DNA of 64,000 nucleotides from Octopus sinensis (GCF_006345805.1 NC_043003.1:8122001-8186000), one strand, 5' to 3'; shown: positions 25,975 through 39,523, counted from the first letter of the stretch. Notes: generated by a model not told the origin, from the sequence alone. Numbers and translations are program-made.

Positions 25975-26367
25975 ACACACACACACACACACACACATAT
26001 ATAATACATATCGTGTGGGAGTAAATATCTGCACATGTCTGTACTGTATTCAATAAGTACAGCTGCACATATTTGGCAATTATTGTAGACGTTCGCATTC
26101 ACACAAATTCGAATGAGCAAACATTGGTGCTAACGTACACGTATATATCTATGTGTTAGGTTTTACTCATTCTTTTGATATTAATGCGACATTTTGAAGT
26201 TGTCAACAGTACATTGAGCCTCTTTTGGCGTCCGGTACCAGAAAAGAGTCTTGTTAAATATTTACATCAACTAATAAGTACAATAATAAAACAGAACTGA
26301 AGAACGAACCACATGGTGCGCGAGTGTTTATTCCGAATAACGTCTGTCCATCCCGAAATATAACTAT

Positions 26368-26410
<43 letters not shown>

Positions 26411-27094
26411 CTTGTATACTAATCACATGGTTCTGGGTTCAGTCCCACTGCCTGGCACCTTCGGCAAGTGTCTTCCACTATAGCTCCGGGCCAACCAAAA
26501 CCTTGTGAGTGGATTTGGTAGACGGAAACTGAAAGAAGCCAATCGTATTTATACACACACAACACACACACACACACATATATAATACATATCGTGTGGG
26601 AGTAAATATCTGCACATGTCTGTACTGTATTCAATAAGTACAGCTGCACATATTTGGCAATTATTGTAGACGTTCGCATTCACACAAATTCGAATGAGCA
26701 AACATTGGTGCTAACGTACACGTATATATCTATGTGTTAGGTTTTACTCATTCTTTTGATATTAATGCGACATTTTGAAGTTGTCAAGAGTACATTGAGC
26801 CTCTTTTGGCGTCCGGTACCAGAAAAGAGTCTTGTTAAATATTTACATCAACTAATAAGTACAATAATAAAACAGAACTGAAGAACGAACCACATGGTGC
26901 GCGAGTGTTTATTCCGAAATATAACTATATATATATATATATATATATATAGCTTGTATACTAATCACATGGTTCTGGGTTCAGTCCCACTGCCTGGCAC
27001 CTTCGGCAAGTGTCTGCTACTATAGCTCCGGGCCAACCAAAACCTTGTGAGTGGATTTGGTAGACGGAAACTGAAAGAAGCCAATCGTATTTAT

Positions 27095-27110
<16 letters not shown>
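25975..27110. repeat. Recent tandem duplication, about 570 bp unit, including a SINE A 5' half
   Basis: Two nearly identical units with breakpoints in (CA)n; few substitutions and one deletion of about 20 bp. The SINE continues to about 27370. Confidence 0.92.
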
Positions 27111-27137
<27 letters not shown>

Positions 27138-28649
27138 CATATATATGTATGTTTGTGTGTGTGTGTGTGTGTGTGTTTGTATGTTTGTGTTTGGCCTCCC
27201 CACCAACATCTCTTGACAACCGATGCCGGTGCGTTTGCGTCGACGTAACTTAGCGGTTCGGCAATAGAGTGCGATAGAATAAATCCTGGGGGCGATTTGC
27301 TCGACTAAAGGCGGTGCTCCAGTATGGCAACAGTCAAATGACTGCAACAAATAAAAAGACTAAAAAAAAGAGTGTTAAGATATATATATATTACCAACCA
27401 TGTGTTTGGTAATAAGCTACTTACCACACAGCCACTCCTAAACCTACAGACACACACACACACGCACATATATATATAAGCCAAGATACGGCATCACAAA
27501 AAAGGGACTGCACATTATTCCTGACGAATATTAGCAAAGCTTGTTTATGTCTTAAAGTTTCATTATGAGAGTCGATAAAGAAATGAACCGGATTGATCTA
27601 CTGTATTGTTGAAAGAATAGATGATGGTGTAATCGTACAACGAAATACAGTTTTAATGCCATGTAAATTGAATGCATCAGATGTATACAATAAATTTTCT
27701 TTGCGGTGTTATCACTCGTAAATTTCCGCGCTCAGAATGAATCGCTGTTACCTCTTGCCAAGCTCAAATTTTAAAACGTGGTGTTTTACCAAATTCCTGT
27801 AATCAGAGACTGACAAGCTGAAAGAATAAATGAGAAAGAGGAAAATGAAGAAGGAGAGATATAATCGATACTTTCTCAATAGGAAATACAATTGCATCAA
27901 TCCGTTATTGAGAAATGTTTTGTTAACAACAGAAATTACCGCGCATGCGTCTGTTAACAAAACTTCATTCATGCTACGAATTGACGACAAGATGCAATTA
28001 AATTGTATTTCCTGAGTTTTATCTGATACTTCTCGATATTTTTTTTAAATAATCATTATTACCATTGCATTAAATATGTTTCTAAATATCATTTTTATTT
28101 TTATTGTTTGATTTTCGGGTATTTTTTGTCTTATTTTTTGTTTCATTGTTTTTCTGCTTTTTTTCCTAAGTTTTATTTATTCCAAATTAAATATTGAGAC
28201 TCGATATTGTAATTTACGGTTTCCTCTCATATTTTCGCAACGGTTTAATATTTCGGTATTCCGTTGCTGCTAAAATATTTCAATTCAACATTTGACGTGA
28301 ATGCGCGATGGACTTACAAATTACTTTTTTTATTATTGTGTTAATCAGTGGCCAGGGCTGTAGTCTAGAATTACATTCAAGATGAAATGTAGGCGTAACA
28401 TAATTTCTACTGTCGCTCGAAACCAACTAAATATTACCAATTAATACAAATGTGAAAGATAAGGACATCAAAATATACCGTTCCACCTAAATATTTTAGG
28501 TTGTCCACAAATTTAATAAACATTATCTTTTGTGGCGGTATTATATTATTATTTCGTCGTTGTATATTTTTCACAACTGACGTGATCTGAGACCATATAT
28601 TGAAATTGATAATTATATTATTGAAGTGTCATTTTAAACAAGTGATGAC

Positions 28650-28915
28650 GCGTAGGCTAGTAGTTGGGTTGTTGCACTCACGATTGTCAGATCATGGTTT
28701 CGGTTTCCAGATCGGGCGGTACGCTGTGTTTTTGAACAAAAGACCTTATTTCATGCTGCTACAGTCCACTCTGCTCTAAACGGATATCTAACTCTGTGAC
28801 GATGAGAGTTTGATGATATAACTAATTCACTGGGTGGGGGAATTTCTGATCGCGGTTACTTTTAAACCATATAACCCGACTAACTGGCCTTATGAGACTT
28901 AGGACTTGAGACAAC
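28650..28915 (+). mobile_element. SINE C-related copy, degenerate
   Basis: GCGTAGGCTAGTAGTT..GGTTTCGGTTTCC head; GGCCTTATGAG tail as at 43880. Confidence 0.6.
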
Positions 28916-29257
28916 AATGTTCAAGGATTAACGATGAAAGTTTTAAATATCATGACAGCAGAGGCAGAAAATAATTGTTACGACTACATTTTGCTTCATT
29001 ATGCAGTGAAGAAGAAACGTTTGACATTTTATGGCTGACATTACTGTGGAAAAATAAACAAACGTAACGAAATATTTATCCTGTAATAGTGGCCTCGTAG
29101 TTGATATATAAACTTTAAAATCGACGGTGGTAGACGACGGCCATTAGAGAGTTGCTTTTGTCAAAGACAACCCTGTGGCTGTGAAACGTAATGTTTTTCC
29201 GTCGCACAGTTTTGAATTGGTCATGCATTATGTCGTAGCTTGACGAGCTTGATGATA

Positions 29258-29398
29258 TTAGGTTGTCCCAAAAGTTCGTAAACACTTGCGAAAATTGAAT
29301 TTTTACTCGCCAAGTACTAACAAAAACAACAAAAATTATTCCTCAAAATAAAGACCATTATTTTCCAAGACTTTCTACGAACTTTTGGGACAACCTTA
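29258..29398. mobile_element. mariner-type MITE
   Basis: TA|TTAGGTTGTCCCAAAAGTTCGTA ... TACGAACTTTTGGGACAACCTTA|TA. Confidence 0.9.
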
Positions 29399-30174
29399 TA
29401 TAATTAATTATTTTCCGTATACCATACGGTGGGTGTGCGAGATCGTATTTGGCCGGTAGTAACACGGTCGAAGGTAATGGCTAAAGCATACTACTTTCAT
29501 TGTAACCTAGTTCTGTAGATCATTTCCCACACACAATAATTCAGCTGGAGACATTAATTGGTAAGTTAAGTTCATAGCTACATGCAATAAATAAATAAAT
29601 AAATAAATAAAAGTTATTAATTTTCTACCGCGAGCCATAGTAGTAGCTTCGTAAAGAAAGAAAGAAAATATAACTTCATTGCATATTGGTATAAACGTAT
29701 TTGAAATAATTTGAATTTTATCGCAACAGACATTAACACCAATATCCTTTTTAATTAAACATTTTATAAAGAAATCAATAGATTCTTTTTTCATTTCATT
29801 TAACAGATCAATATTAATGTGAGTGTCTGTAACCTCCCTGTCTATATTTTCTGCTGACATAAAATAAAAAGAAATAGATATTTTTTCCATTCCGAAATGA
29901 CCAAACTAGACAAAACAATTAGAAAAAGTTAGTAAATGCAATAAATGAGAATAAGAAAATTTTTATAAAGCCATGCTACAACAATGAATGCCAACATCTG
30001 CAATATCCAGAATTATAAATGATATTAATTTTATTCATGTCAACAGATTCGAAATTGCTAAGGGATACATTAAAAAATTGAACAAAAATTATTTTGTTGC
30101 TTAAAGAATAAACAAGCGTTATAATTAGCATTCTTCTTGCCAAGTTTAGAAGCACAGTAACAGTACAATGTCTG

Positions 30175-31042
30175 TATTTTGTATTTTCATTTAGTTGTCT
30201 CAGTCGTTGGACTGCGGCCATGCTTGAGCACAGCCTTCAAATTTTTAATTGAACAAATTGAGTCAAGTACGCAACTTATCATCACTTCTACCCAATCTCT
30301 TATTTATGAAGAGGTAAACAAGCCAATACCAATTGGCAAGCAATGGGAAGAACAAAAAGAAGTGCAAAGATACATATATATGTACACGGCAGGCTTCCAC
30401 ACAGTTTCCGTCTGCGAAATTTCTTTACAAAACATTGGTCGACCCAAGACTATAATAGAAATCTCTGGTTCAATCTGTCGCAGAGTGGCACTGAACAAGA
30501 CACCATGTGGTTGCAAAGCGACCACGTGGTGTTTTGTTTAAGGCCACAATAATTACTGGTATCGATTTGTTGTTCAACTAAACCCTTGAAAGCCGTTACC
30601 CAGCATGTCTAGTGTCATATGACTGAAGCAAAAGTAAAAGTAAAAAGGTGAAGGATTCATTTTTGAGTGGTAAGAAGCTTGCTTCCAAACCACAAGGTAC
30701 CGAGTTCAGTTCCACTGTGTGGCACATTGGGCAAGTGTCTTCCACTATAATCTCGGGTCGATCAAAGGTTTGTGAGTGGATTTGGTAGGCGGAAACTGGA
30801 AGAAGCCCGTCGTATGTATATATATGTATATGTGTGTGTGTGTATGCATGTATTTGTTTATCTCCCAGGATCGCTTGACACCGATGTTGGTGTATTTACG
30901 CCCCCATAACTTAGTTGTTCGGCAAATGAGAATGATAGAATAGGCACCAGGCTTATAAAAAATAAGTTCTGAGGTCGATTAGGTCGACTAAAGGTGGTGC
31001 TCCAGCATGGCCGCAGTCAAATGACTAAAACAAATAAATGAG
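30175..31042. mobile_element. SINE family A cluster (old minus copy 30175-30525, plus tail 30555-30645, plus copy 30665-31042)
   Basis: Family motifs. Confidence 0.8.
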
Positions 31043-31118
31043 TATGTATATATATATATATATATACAATATATACACACACACACATATTATTGTTGGT
31101 AAAACATTTTAAAACTAA

Positions 31119-31978
31119 CTAGCAGTATCGCCCGGCGTTGCTCGGGTTTGTTTCGACCCGCTGGAATTGTAATTTTGAAAAGTAAAAATTTTGTGAACAT
31201 TTTTCTGGTCGAAATACACCGAAAAGTGGCGACACAGCAGTGAAAAAATCGTAAAAAATAGGGATTTTCATAGAAAAAAGCATCTTTTTGATGTAAATAA
31301 TTTTTGGTGTTAACATGGTCCGATTTGAATTTTATGTTCTACGGAAGGAAGAGCAACCCTTCTTCTACCATACTGTCAATTTTGGTCAACTTGCGCCGCA
31401 GGGTCTCGGAGGAGATAGTGTTAGTTGAAGGTTACCATTCTAGGTGCCTGAGTAACAACCTCGCGGATTTACAGATAAATGAATTAATTACTATTTTACA
31501 GAATAAAATTAAATAATTCTTGAAAATTAATTAATATTAATATTTTTTGAACAAAGTAAATAATAATTTTTTTTACACAAACGCGAACGGGGAAAAGGGG
31601 GTGGCGAATTCGATTTACATACCTAAATTTTTTCTTTTTCATGACATTGTAGCAAAATAGTAGTGAATTATATAAATACCAGCAGTACATTTTTTTTTCT
31701 GGGGTATTTTTTTTCAACCTCGTCACATATTTGCCTCTTTCAATTTAAACAAAGTCTTAATTAAGCAATTACGGCAGCTTAGCAATGGTTTCAATACAGG
31801 CGTGACATCTGTATCTCAATTGTTCAAAACCCTTCGAATTTTTTCGCACGTGATGATATCATAGTGAAAACTTTCAATTACGCGCGCTTATTTCTGTCTT
31901 TCACTCTGTCTGTCTCTTTACACACACTAACAAAAGCACTTCACTTACACACCACACTTTCTGTGTCGCACAACCCAT

Positions 31979-32022
<44 letters not shown>

Positions 32023-32590
32023 ACACACACACACACACACACACTCACGCACGCACACATGTACATCAATGCTTTCGGAGTGAAATGTTAAAATATTGAG
32101 TTTTCTCGAATTTTGTCTTAATTGGTGGTAAAATTGAAAGAAATTTTCTATGGCATCACCCACTGAAGTACTCTGAAAAATCATGGGTACACTCTAATTG
32201 AAGAAATTGTGTGAGGAGTAAATCGTTATGTATTTATTTGTTTCTGTTTGCTGTGTTTTTTTTATTTTTTGAGTAGTGGTTTAAATACTTTCAGTTTCGT
32301 CTTCCTCAAATCACTCTGTCGCTATTTACTTTCATTTTATTCGTTGCACACTGTGTGTGTGCGTGTGGTGTAAACCACATTAAGAAAAGCATTTGACACA
32401 CACATCAGAATGTGAGTTTTCTGTAAATTTTGCTTAATTGAAGTTTAAATTTTAAAAACTGGACCTGGCACGATCCGATGCATTCTACTCTTAAAAATGC
32501 TAGGTAAATTGTAATTGAAGAAATCCTATATTGTAGATTTCTATAAGTTACAAAGGGAGGCAGATAAAATCTGCCTTTTATAATAAGAGA
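31119..32590 (-). mobile_element. Non-autonomous Helitron with both termini
   Basis: Minus: a|TCTCTTATTATAAAAGGCAG 5' end; 3' hairpin ACCCGAGCAACGCCGGGC then CTAG|t; A/T target. Confidence 0.82.
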
Positions 32591-32726
32591 TATTTGTGCT
32601 AATTCCATGAAAACAAAGATGGAGCAAGTTTACTCTCCGATCAAATATTCTTGTTTAGTTCTCTTCATCTAGCGATTCCTTAATCAACCATTTTAATACC
32701 GGAAGCATTGGTATATAATATATAAC

Positions 32727-33140
32727 AATGAACTTTGGCATCGAGAGTTACACAAATGCCAGAACTGGGCGCCACTGCGTGGTGCCAATGACTCCAAGTT
32801 TGCCATCAAGATGTAGGACAAGATACTGTGATAGCCTGGGCTTTAGAGGCCTACAGCTCTTCAATATCCTCCCGAAGAACCTGAGGGACCTGCATGGGGT
32901 GGATGCGGATGTCTTTAAAGTAGGACTGGATCTCTTCCTGTCAGGTGTCCCGGATGAACCAACTTCACGGCAGGAGGTGCAGATGAGGGCAGCTGCATCG
33001 AACTCTCTCATGCACCAAATGGCAGTTGCTAAAAAGCATTCGTGAAGTAAAATCATGTAGCAACACCAAATGGCGGTGCCCCAGCATGGCCACAGCTCGT
33101 GAGCTGAAACTAGATAAAATAAGAAAAATAAAATAAGAAA
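32727..33140 (+). pseudogene. CR1-group LINE 3' end
   Basis: RTGRHC..CDSLGFRGLQLFNILPKNLRDL..FKVGLDLFLSGVPDEP, homologous to 22925-23190; 3' hairpin tail and A-rich repeats. Confidence 0.9.
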
Positions 33141-33451
33141 TACCAGTTTTGGAGATAAAGAGGCACTATAATCAATGTTGCTGTATACTCTTCTTTCTCA
33201 AGGTCTTGGGAAAAATTAGTATTTTCTCATTACCTATTCTTAATGACAACCAGTTTTGGGTAATTTTCATCACAGATTCTCCATCATTTTGTATCTGTCC
33301 CAGGGATGTATAATGCGTTTAAGTGGGATGACAGTCAAAGCTGCTCCACCAGTCGGGCTGGTTAATCTTCTTAACTCTTTCTTGGTAAAGCAACTATCAA
33401 TAATTAATTGGTAAATATTTATTACCCGGAAATGATGGTCAACGTTTCATG

Positions 33452-33549
<98 letters not shown>

Positions 33550-33636
33550 GACACACACACACACACACTCATATATATATTACATATTCAGGTATACATG
33601 TATCTGTACATAGGTGTACATATTTATGTGTGTATG

Positions 33637-33685
<49 letters not shown>

Positions 33686-33708
33686 GTATGTATGTATACG
33701 TACGCAAA

Positions 33709-33779
<71 letters not shown>

Positions 33780-34749
33780 CTATATATATATATATATATA
33801 CATACATAGATATATACATATACATATGCACAAATATAATACATATATGATAGTATGTGTATTTTCGTGTGTGTGTGTACTTGCCTATGCGTCAATGTCC
33901 TATTTGTACAAGTGTTTGGATGACGATACGTGGATATGAATGTATGCATGCGTGTGTGTATGTATGTGTGTGTGTGTGCGTGCGTATGTTGGTTATCCAT
34001 CACGAACTAATACAACGATAATATGTGTTATTTCTTAGATGCATTGAATAAGTTTCAACATGTTTCAACGGCTTTTGCTGCTTTCATACCCCATTTAATT
34101 CTGATGAAAATAATGGCTTTAGTTTTCGTGAATCTTTCCTCAACTATAGCTTGCTCGTTTGCCTATTCATGCTCCTGCTGTGTTTAGAAGCCATAACCTC
34201 CCTTATAAATCTGAAATTCTACAAAGCATTATCTTCTACCAATTATTTTCATGCTCCGAAGTGAATTCAGGATCCAAAGCCTTCCATAGAGTTGTGTGAA
34301 TTCCGCAACATAATTCTAAATTCACAGCTTGCTTGCTTACGCACAATTATTACAGAGCCTTCATAGAAAGTGTGCTCGCATAATGTGTTGCCTCTGCGCC
34401 CCGGGACTATATTGTACAGCACCTTTATTCAACCAACGTATTGAAAACCTTTTCGACATTATCTACGGGTCACATGCAAGTCGTGAACATTCATTTCAAT
34501 TTTTTTCTGTACAAGAGACGCAGCAATCATAATCTCTGCAGAATTCTTCGTGTTGTCAGCATCAATACTCTTCACGCTAAATTCGAATGCAGAATAGTTA
34601 ATCTTTACGTATAGAAGTAACACTAGTGGTGATCACCCACTTATTTGACTACAATTTGTTGCTAGTCACTACGCGAATTCTTCCGATAGGTAATTCAAAG
34701 TAAGCTTCGCTGGACGACAAAAATTGTCTAAAGCATATAATAAAAACAA

Positions 34750-35057
34750 GGCGGCGAGCTGGCAGAATCGTTAGCACGCCGGGCGAAATGCTTTGCGGTA
34801 TTTCGTCTACTTCTACATTCTGAGTTCAAATTCCGCCGAGGGCGACTTTGCCTTTCATTCTTTCGGGGTCGATAAAATTAGAACCAGTAAAACACTGAGG
34901 TCGACGTAATTGACTCCACTATAATTTTCAGACTCTGCGTCTAAGGTATAAAGGATTATTAATATTAAATAGTAGGCAAGTGTCTTCTACTATAGCCTCG
35001 GACCGACCAATGCCTTGTGAGTGGATTTGGTAGACGGAAACTGAAAGAAGCCCGTCG

Positions 35058-35088
<31 letters not shown>

Positions 35089-35293
35089 GCGTGTTTGTGT
35101 CTGTGTTTGTCCCCCTAGCATTGCTTGACAACCGATGCTGGTGTTTATGTCTCCGTTACTTAGCGGTTCGGCAAAAAGAGACCGATAGAATAAGTACTGG
35201 GCTTACAAAAGAATAAGTCCCGGGGTCGATTAAAGGCGGTGCTCCAGCATGGCCGCAGTCAAATAACTTAAACAAGTAAAAGAGTAAAAGAGT
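34750..35293 (+). mobile_element. SINE B (34750-34915) and SINE A (34975-35293)
   Basis: Family motifs; AGTAAAAG tail repeats. Confidence 0.88.
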
Positions 35294-35337
35294 ACGGAGA
35301 CTTGTATATCCATAATTTGTTTTTCAGAGTTATATAA

Positions 35338-35636
35338 TAATGATCTACACGTGTTTCCGCTTCAGCCACTATTCACCAGTGCAAATGCAGCCTTGCATTA
35401 TTGTCGGTGAAGCTTTATCAGGGTCCGTCCCTTTCACTATCCTTTCGAACCGATTGAAGTAAATACTTATGTGTTTGTGTTCTGTTGGAGGGGGGTGAGG
35501 CAAAAGATTTACTTCAATCAGCTGACTTAGTGGATGGCCAAATGGCCGCATCCTAATGAAGCTGCACCTACAATAATACAAGGTTGCGTTTGCAACAGCG
35601 TGTAGTCGCTTCAGCGGAAACACGTGTAGGTCATTA
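35338..35636. mobile_element. Foldback MITE with TIRs of about 80 bp
   Basis: TAATGATCTACACGTGTTTCCGCT / AGCGGAAACACGTGTAGGTCATTA, plus internal GATTGAAGTAAAT / ATTTACTTCAATC. Confidence 0.85.
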
Positions 35637-36504
35637 TAATTTGCTATATTTAACTATATAACAAATTTTGTGGATGTACAAGTCTTCATACTCTTTACTA
35701 TTAATATAAGCACACACACACACACACACACATACCACAAAAGTATAGAGATTTTAAATCCAGGCAGATACCTTAAAAGCTCTTTGTTAAAAGTTCAAAT
35801 TCTAAGGAAACATTTAGAATCCTTTAAAATAAACAATTATAGTTCTATTCCATTCAGTCAGTAAGTTCTGAGTTTGTTTCGAAAGATTTCGTGTAGAATT
35901 CAGAGTATATTATAAAGGCATGATGAGGAATTGAGGGTTATACACCTTTAAAATCTATTGAATTATACTTTTTTTTCTCCGTATTAAATTCTGACACGTG
36001 TTTCCGCTGTATAAGTGTCTTAGGATCCTTAGGTGTGATCGTTCAATGCATCTGGTCGATTTATATTACATTAATTACAGTACAAATTCTGATTCAAAGA
36101 TTGGCATTATTATATAGCTTTTTTCAACGTGTTCCCCATATGTGTCTATGAAGCGAACTGAATTTACAAGTATGAAAGATGAATTTCTAAAAGCGGTGAG
36201 GGAATATAAGATATAGGTGCAAAAGATAGTGAAAAGGATATTAACAGATGACATGCCTAGAGTGCCAGCTGCATGTTGTTGCTATTATGCAAAAGAGTCG
36301 GAAGTCCGAAACGTTGCTTTTTCAGAAAACCAAAAACCAAAAAAAAGAAAAAAAATGTTTCACGATTCCATAGCAAAACCGTTGTACTACACTTTGACTA
36401 TTTTTGATATCTTGTCATATCAAGCAGCAGGAGATACGATAGTTTGTCCAAAAGAACCAGTTATTATAAGCAAAAATAAATATCGACAAAAACGTATTTG
36501 GCCA

Positions 36505-37113
36505 TATTAATTGACCAGGTGTTACAATGTGGGTGGCTTATCATCAAGACGATTAATGGAACCATTCTTATTTGACCCTACAGTGACTGGACCCTTTTAC
36601 TTGACCTTGCTGCAACAGACAGTCATACCTAGCATTAGAGAAGACTTTGAAGATGAGGAGCTTTATTTTCAGAAAGATGGGGCACCCCCACACTACCATT
36701 GCGATATTAGATCCTTCCTTGATAAGATCTTGCCAAACAGGAGAAATGGATGAAGGGGTTTCGTTGAATATCCTCCACGTTCACCAGACCTCACAACACT
36801 AGACATTTTTTTATGGGGATACCTAAAAGACAAAGTCTACCCTATGACACGTGAAACAGTCACTGATTTGAGAGCTGCCATTGGACAAGAATGCACACAA
36901 ATATCAAAGGAATTCTTTCGTGATGCTTGCGATTCGTTGCTTCGCGTTGTCAGCAGTACCTGGAACAGAAAGGACTTCAGTTTGCAAAACAGGCGTTGAC
37001 AAAACAATAAAATAATGTCTGTAGATTCTATTAAATTTTGAAAATGAAATGTATTTTAATAAACACCTACTTTACAATTATCTTAATGTGTGCATACATG
37101 TTTTGGGGACACC

Positions 37114-37118
<5 letters not shown>
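36505..37118 (+). mobile_element. DD41D (rosa-type) Tc1/mariner transposase 3' half with right TIR
   Basis: [34 protein letters not shown] with 41 codons between second and third Asp; ends TTTTGGGGACACCCTG|TA. Confidence 0.88.
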
Positions 37119-37163
<45 letters not shown>

Positions 37164-37181
37164 ACATATAGATATAAGTTC

Positions 37182-37223
<42 letters not shown>

Positions 37224-37794
37224 TATATTATATATATATATATATATATGAAAACATCTATTAATGTGTTTGTGTGTGCGAACTGGCCGATGATGTCAAA
37301 TAACTACTGAAATGTAAATTGACGTATAAATAATACAAGAATCTCTTTATATATTATGAATCGAAAAATATCTGAAGATGTTTGTAATACAGAGATTTAC
37401 TTGCATAACATAAATAAATCAAAGTAACTTAACTTTTTTTCAAATAGATTTCGTTTGGTTACACACAGATGTCAAAATTTACGAAAGATTTTGTATAAAC
37501 ATATCTTATTGCATCAAAATTTAAATTATTGAAGATACAGTAAGTTAAGTGAAATAGAAAAGAAAAAACAGAATAAAAAACTATCGTTGGATATTTGCCA
37601 TTTGAAAATTATTTTGTTTCGTTTTCGATTTGGTTTTGGTTTGTTGTTCATAACTCTGGAATATTGCCAATATGGGGTTTGTCGCAGGAATTAACTGGCA
37701 GATATATTAAAGTGACTGGCGAAAACACCTCTACCGTGTCAAAGGGTAACAACTCTATAGAGAATTTGAGAGTTCATATTTATCGGTGTAAATG

Positions 37795-37834
<40 letters not shown>

Positions 37835-37989
37835 TATATACATGTTTAAGTAGTTGAATGAATTATCCTAGTATGGATAATTCGGTTAACCGATACCCGG
37901 GTAGCAAATTTACGTCAGAAAGCACGGTTGAAGCTACATGCCAAGGGCAGAAATCACGTGGTTTCGTGTGGAAATTTGTGTTTTTTTAC

Positions 37990-38135
37990 TATAGATAAAT
38001 GAAAAAATGGAGTCGAACGACGATTAACAAAATTCCTTTATTCTCGACACATGTTTCGAAGAATATGCAGTCTTCGAAACATGTGTCGAGAATAAAGGAA
38101 TTTTGTTAAATCGTCGTTCGACTCCATTCTTTCAT

Positions 38136-38143
<8 letters not shown>
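37990..38143. repeat. Inverted repeat, about 73 bp arms and 8 bp spacer, containing hammerhead 3' half
   Basis: ..TTCTCGACACATGTTTCGAAGA atatgcag TCTTCGAAACATGTGTCGAGAATAAA.. Confidence 0.9.
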
Positions 38144-38187
<44 letters not shown>

Positions 38188-38188
38188 A

Positions 38189-38294
<106 letters not shown>

Positions 38295-38301
38295 ATATAT
38301 A

Positions 38302-38744
38302 TTCGCAGGAAGGAAGTTTCTTCGAAGTATACGTCTCGCTTTTATCCTTCGAAACGTAGAGTAGATGAAACCTTAGCGACTGAAGAAGGGGATTTTTCGT
38401 TGTGCTTATTGTCCTGTATCTCTTTTTTTCTTTTTTGCTTGTCCTGTTCCTTGGTTTGTGTCTATGTTTTTCGTCTCTCTATGTGTTCGACGTCTTTTTG
38501 GTGTCCTGTACACATATATGCGTGTATATGTACATGTAGAGGTAGGTACGTACATATATGTTTATATATATGCATATGTTCTATTTTATTAACATATTAT
38601 ACGACTAAACGCACGCACCCTATTAAGTAAGATTGTTCTGTTTATCAAGTTAGCCTTGATATTAACTCTCACGCGACTCTGCATCTTTCTTTCTTTCTCT
38701 CCCATTCCCTTTTTCGTCCTTTTTCCCTCACTTACTGTCTCTTC

Positions 38745-38779
<35 letters not shown>

Positions 38780-39488
38780 CTCTCCCCCTCACCATTCTTC
38801 ATGGTCTCCTCGCACCATTCCCCTTCTCTCTCTTCCTCTTGCTCCTCCTCCCCCCCATTCCCGTCGTCCATCTGCGACGATACTTCCGTCGTAACTGCTA
38901 TCCTGTCTTTTCTAGCCCGCCTTCTAAGGCCACTGGTCGACATTCTTTCTCTCTCGTCGTCCACTATAATCCAGCGTTTGCATTACTTTTTTCGTCTGGC
39001 GTAAACAGCCCTTCTTATCTTGTTCTCCTTGTCCTGTCTCTCACTGTCATATATTTATTTTTCAACTGTTTATATATAATTTTTTTTTTTTTTTTTTTTT
39101 TTACGTTTATGTTATGTTGTACTGTCGTTACCGTCTTGCTTTTTTTTACCATTTTTTACCCCTCTGCGAAAAGATCTCAGAATTTTAATTGATTTGCTTT
39201 TCGCAGGAAGGAAGTTTCTTCGAAGTATACGTCTCGCTTTTATCCTTCGAAACGTAGAGTAGATGAAACCTTAGCGACTGAAGAAGGGGATTTTTCGTTG
39301 TGCTTATTGTCCTGTATCTCTTTTTTTCTTTTTTGCTTGTCCTGTTCCTTGGTTTGTGTCTATGTTTTTCGTCTCTCTATGTGTTCGACGTCTTTTTGGT
39401 GTCCTGTACACATATATGCGTGTATATGTACATGTAGAGGTAGGTACGTACATATATGTTTATATATATGCATATGTTCTATTTTATT

Positions 39489-39492
<4 letters not shown>
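38302..39492 (+). mobile_element. Non-coding element bounded by identical direct repeats of about 290 bp (Penelope pLTR or retrozyme-like layout)
   Basis: 38302-38595 matches 39200-39492; 600 bp pyrimidine-rich spacer; TA repeats on both sides. Confidence 0.8.

Positions 39493-39523
<31 letters not shown>

Noticed and set aside
33093-33110. LINE/SINE tail hairpin plus GAAAC as a hammerhead half
   Set aside because: No CUGANGA or cleavage triplet geometry; better explained as an RT recognition stem-loop.
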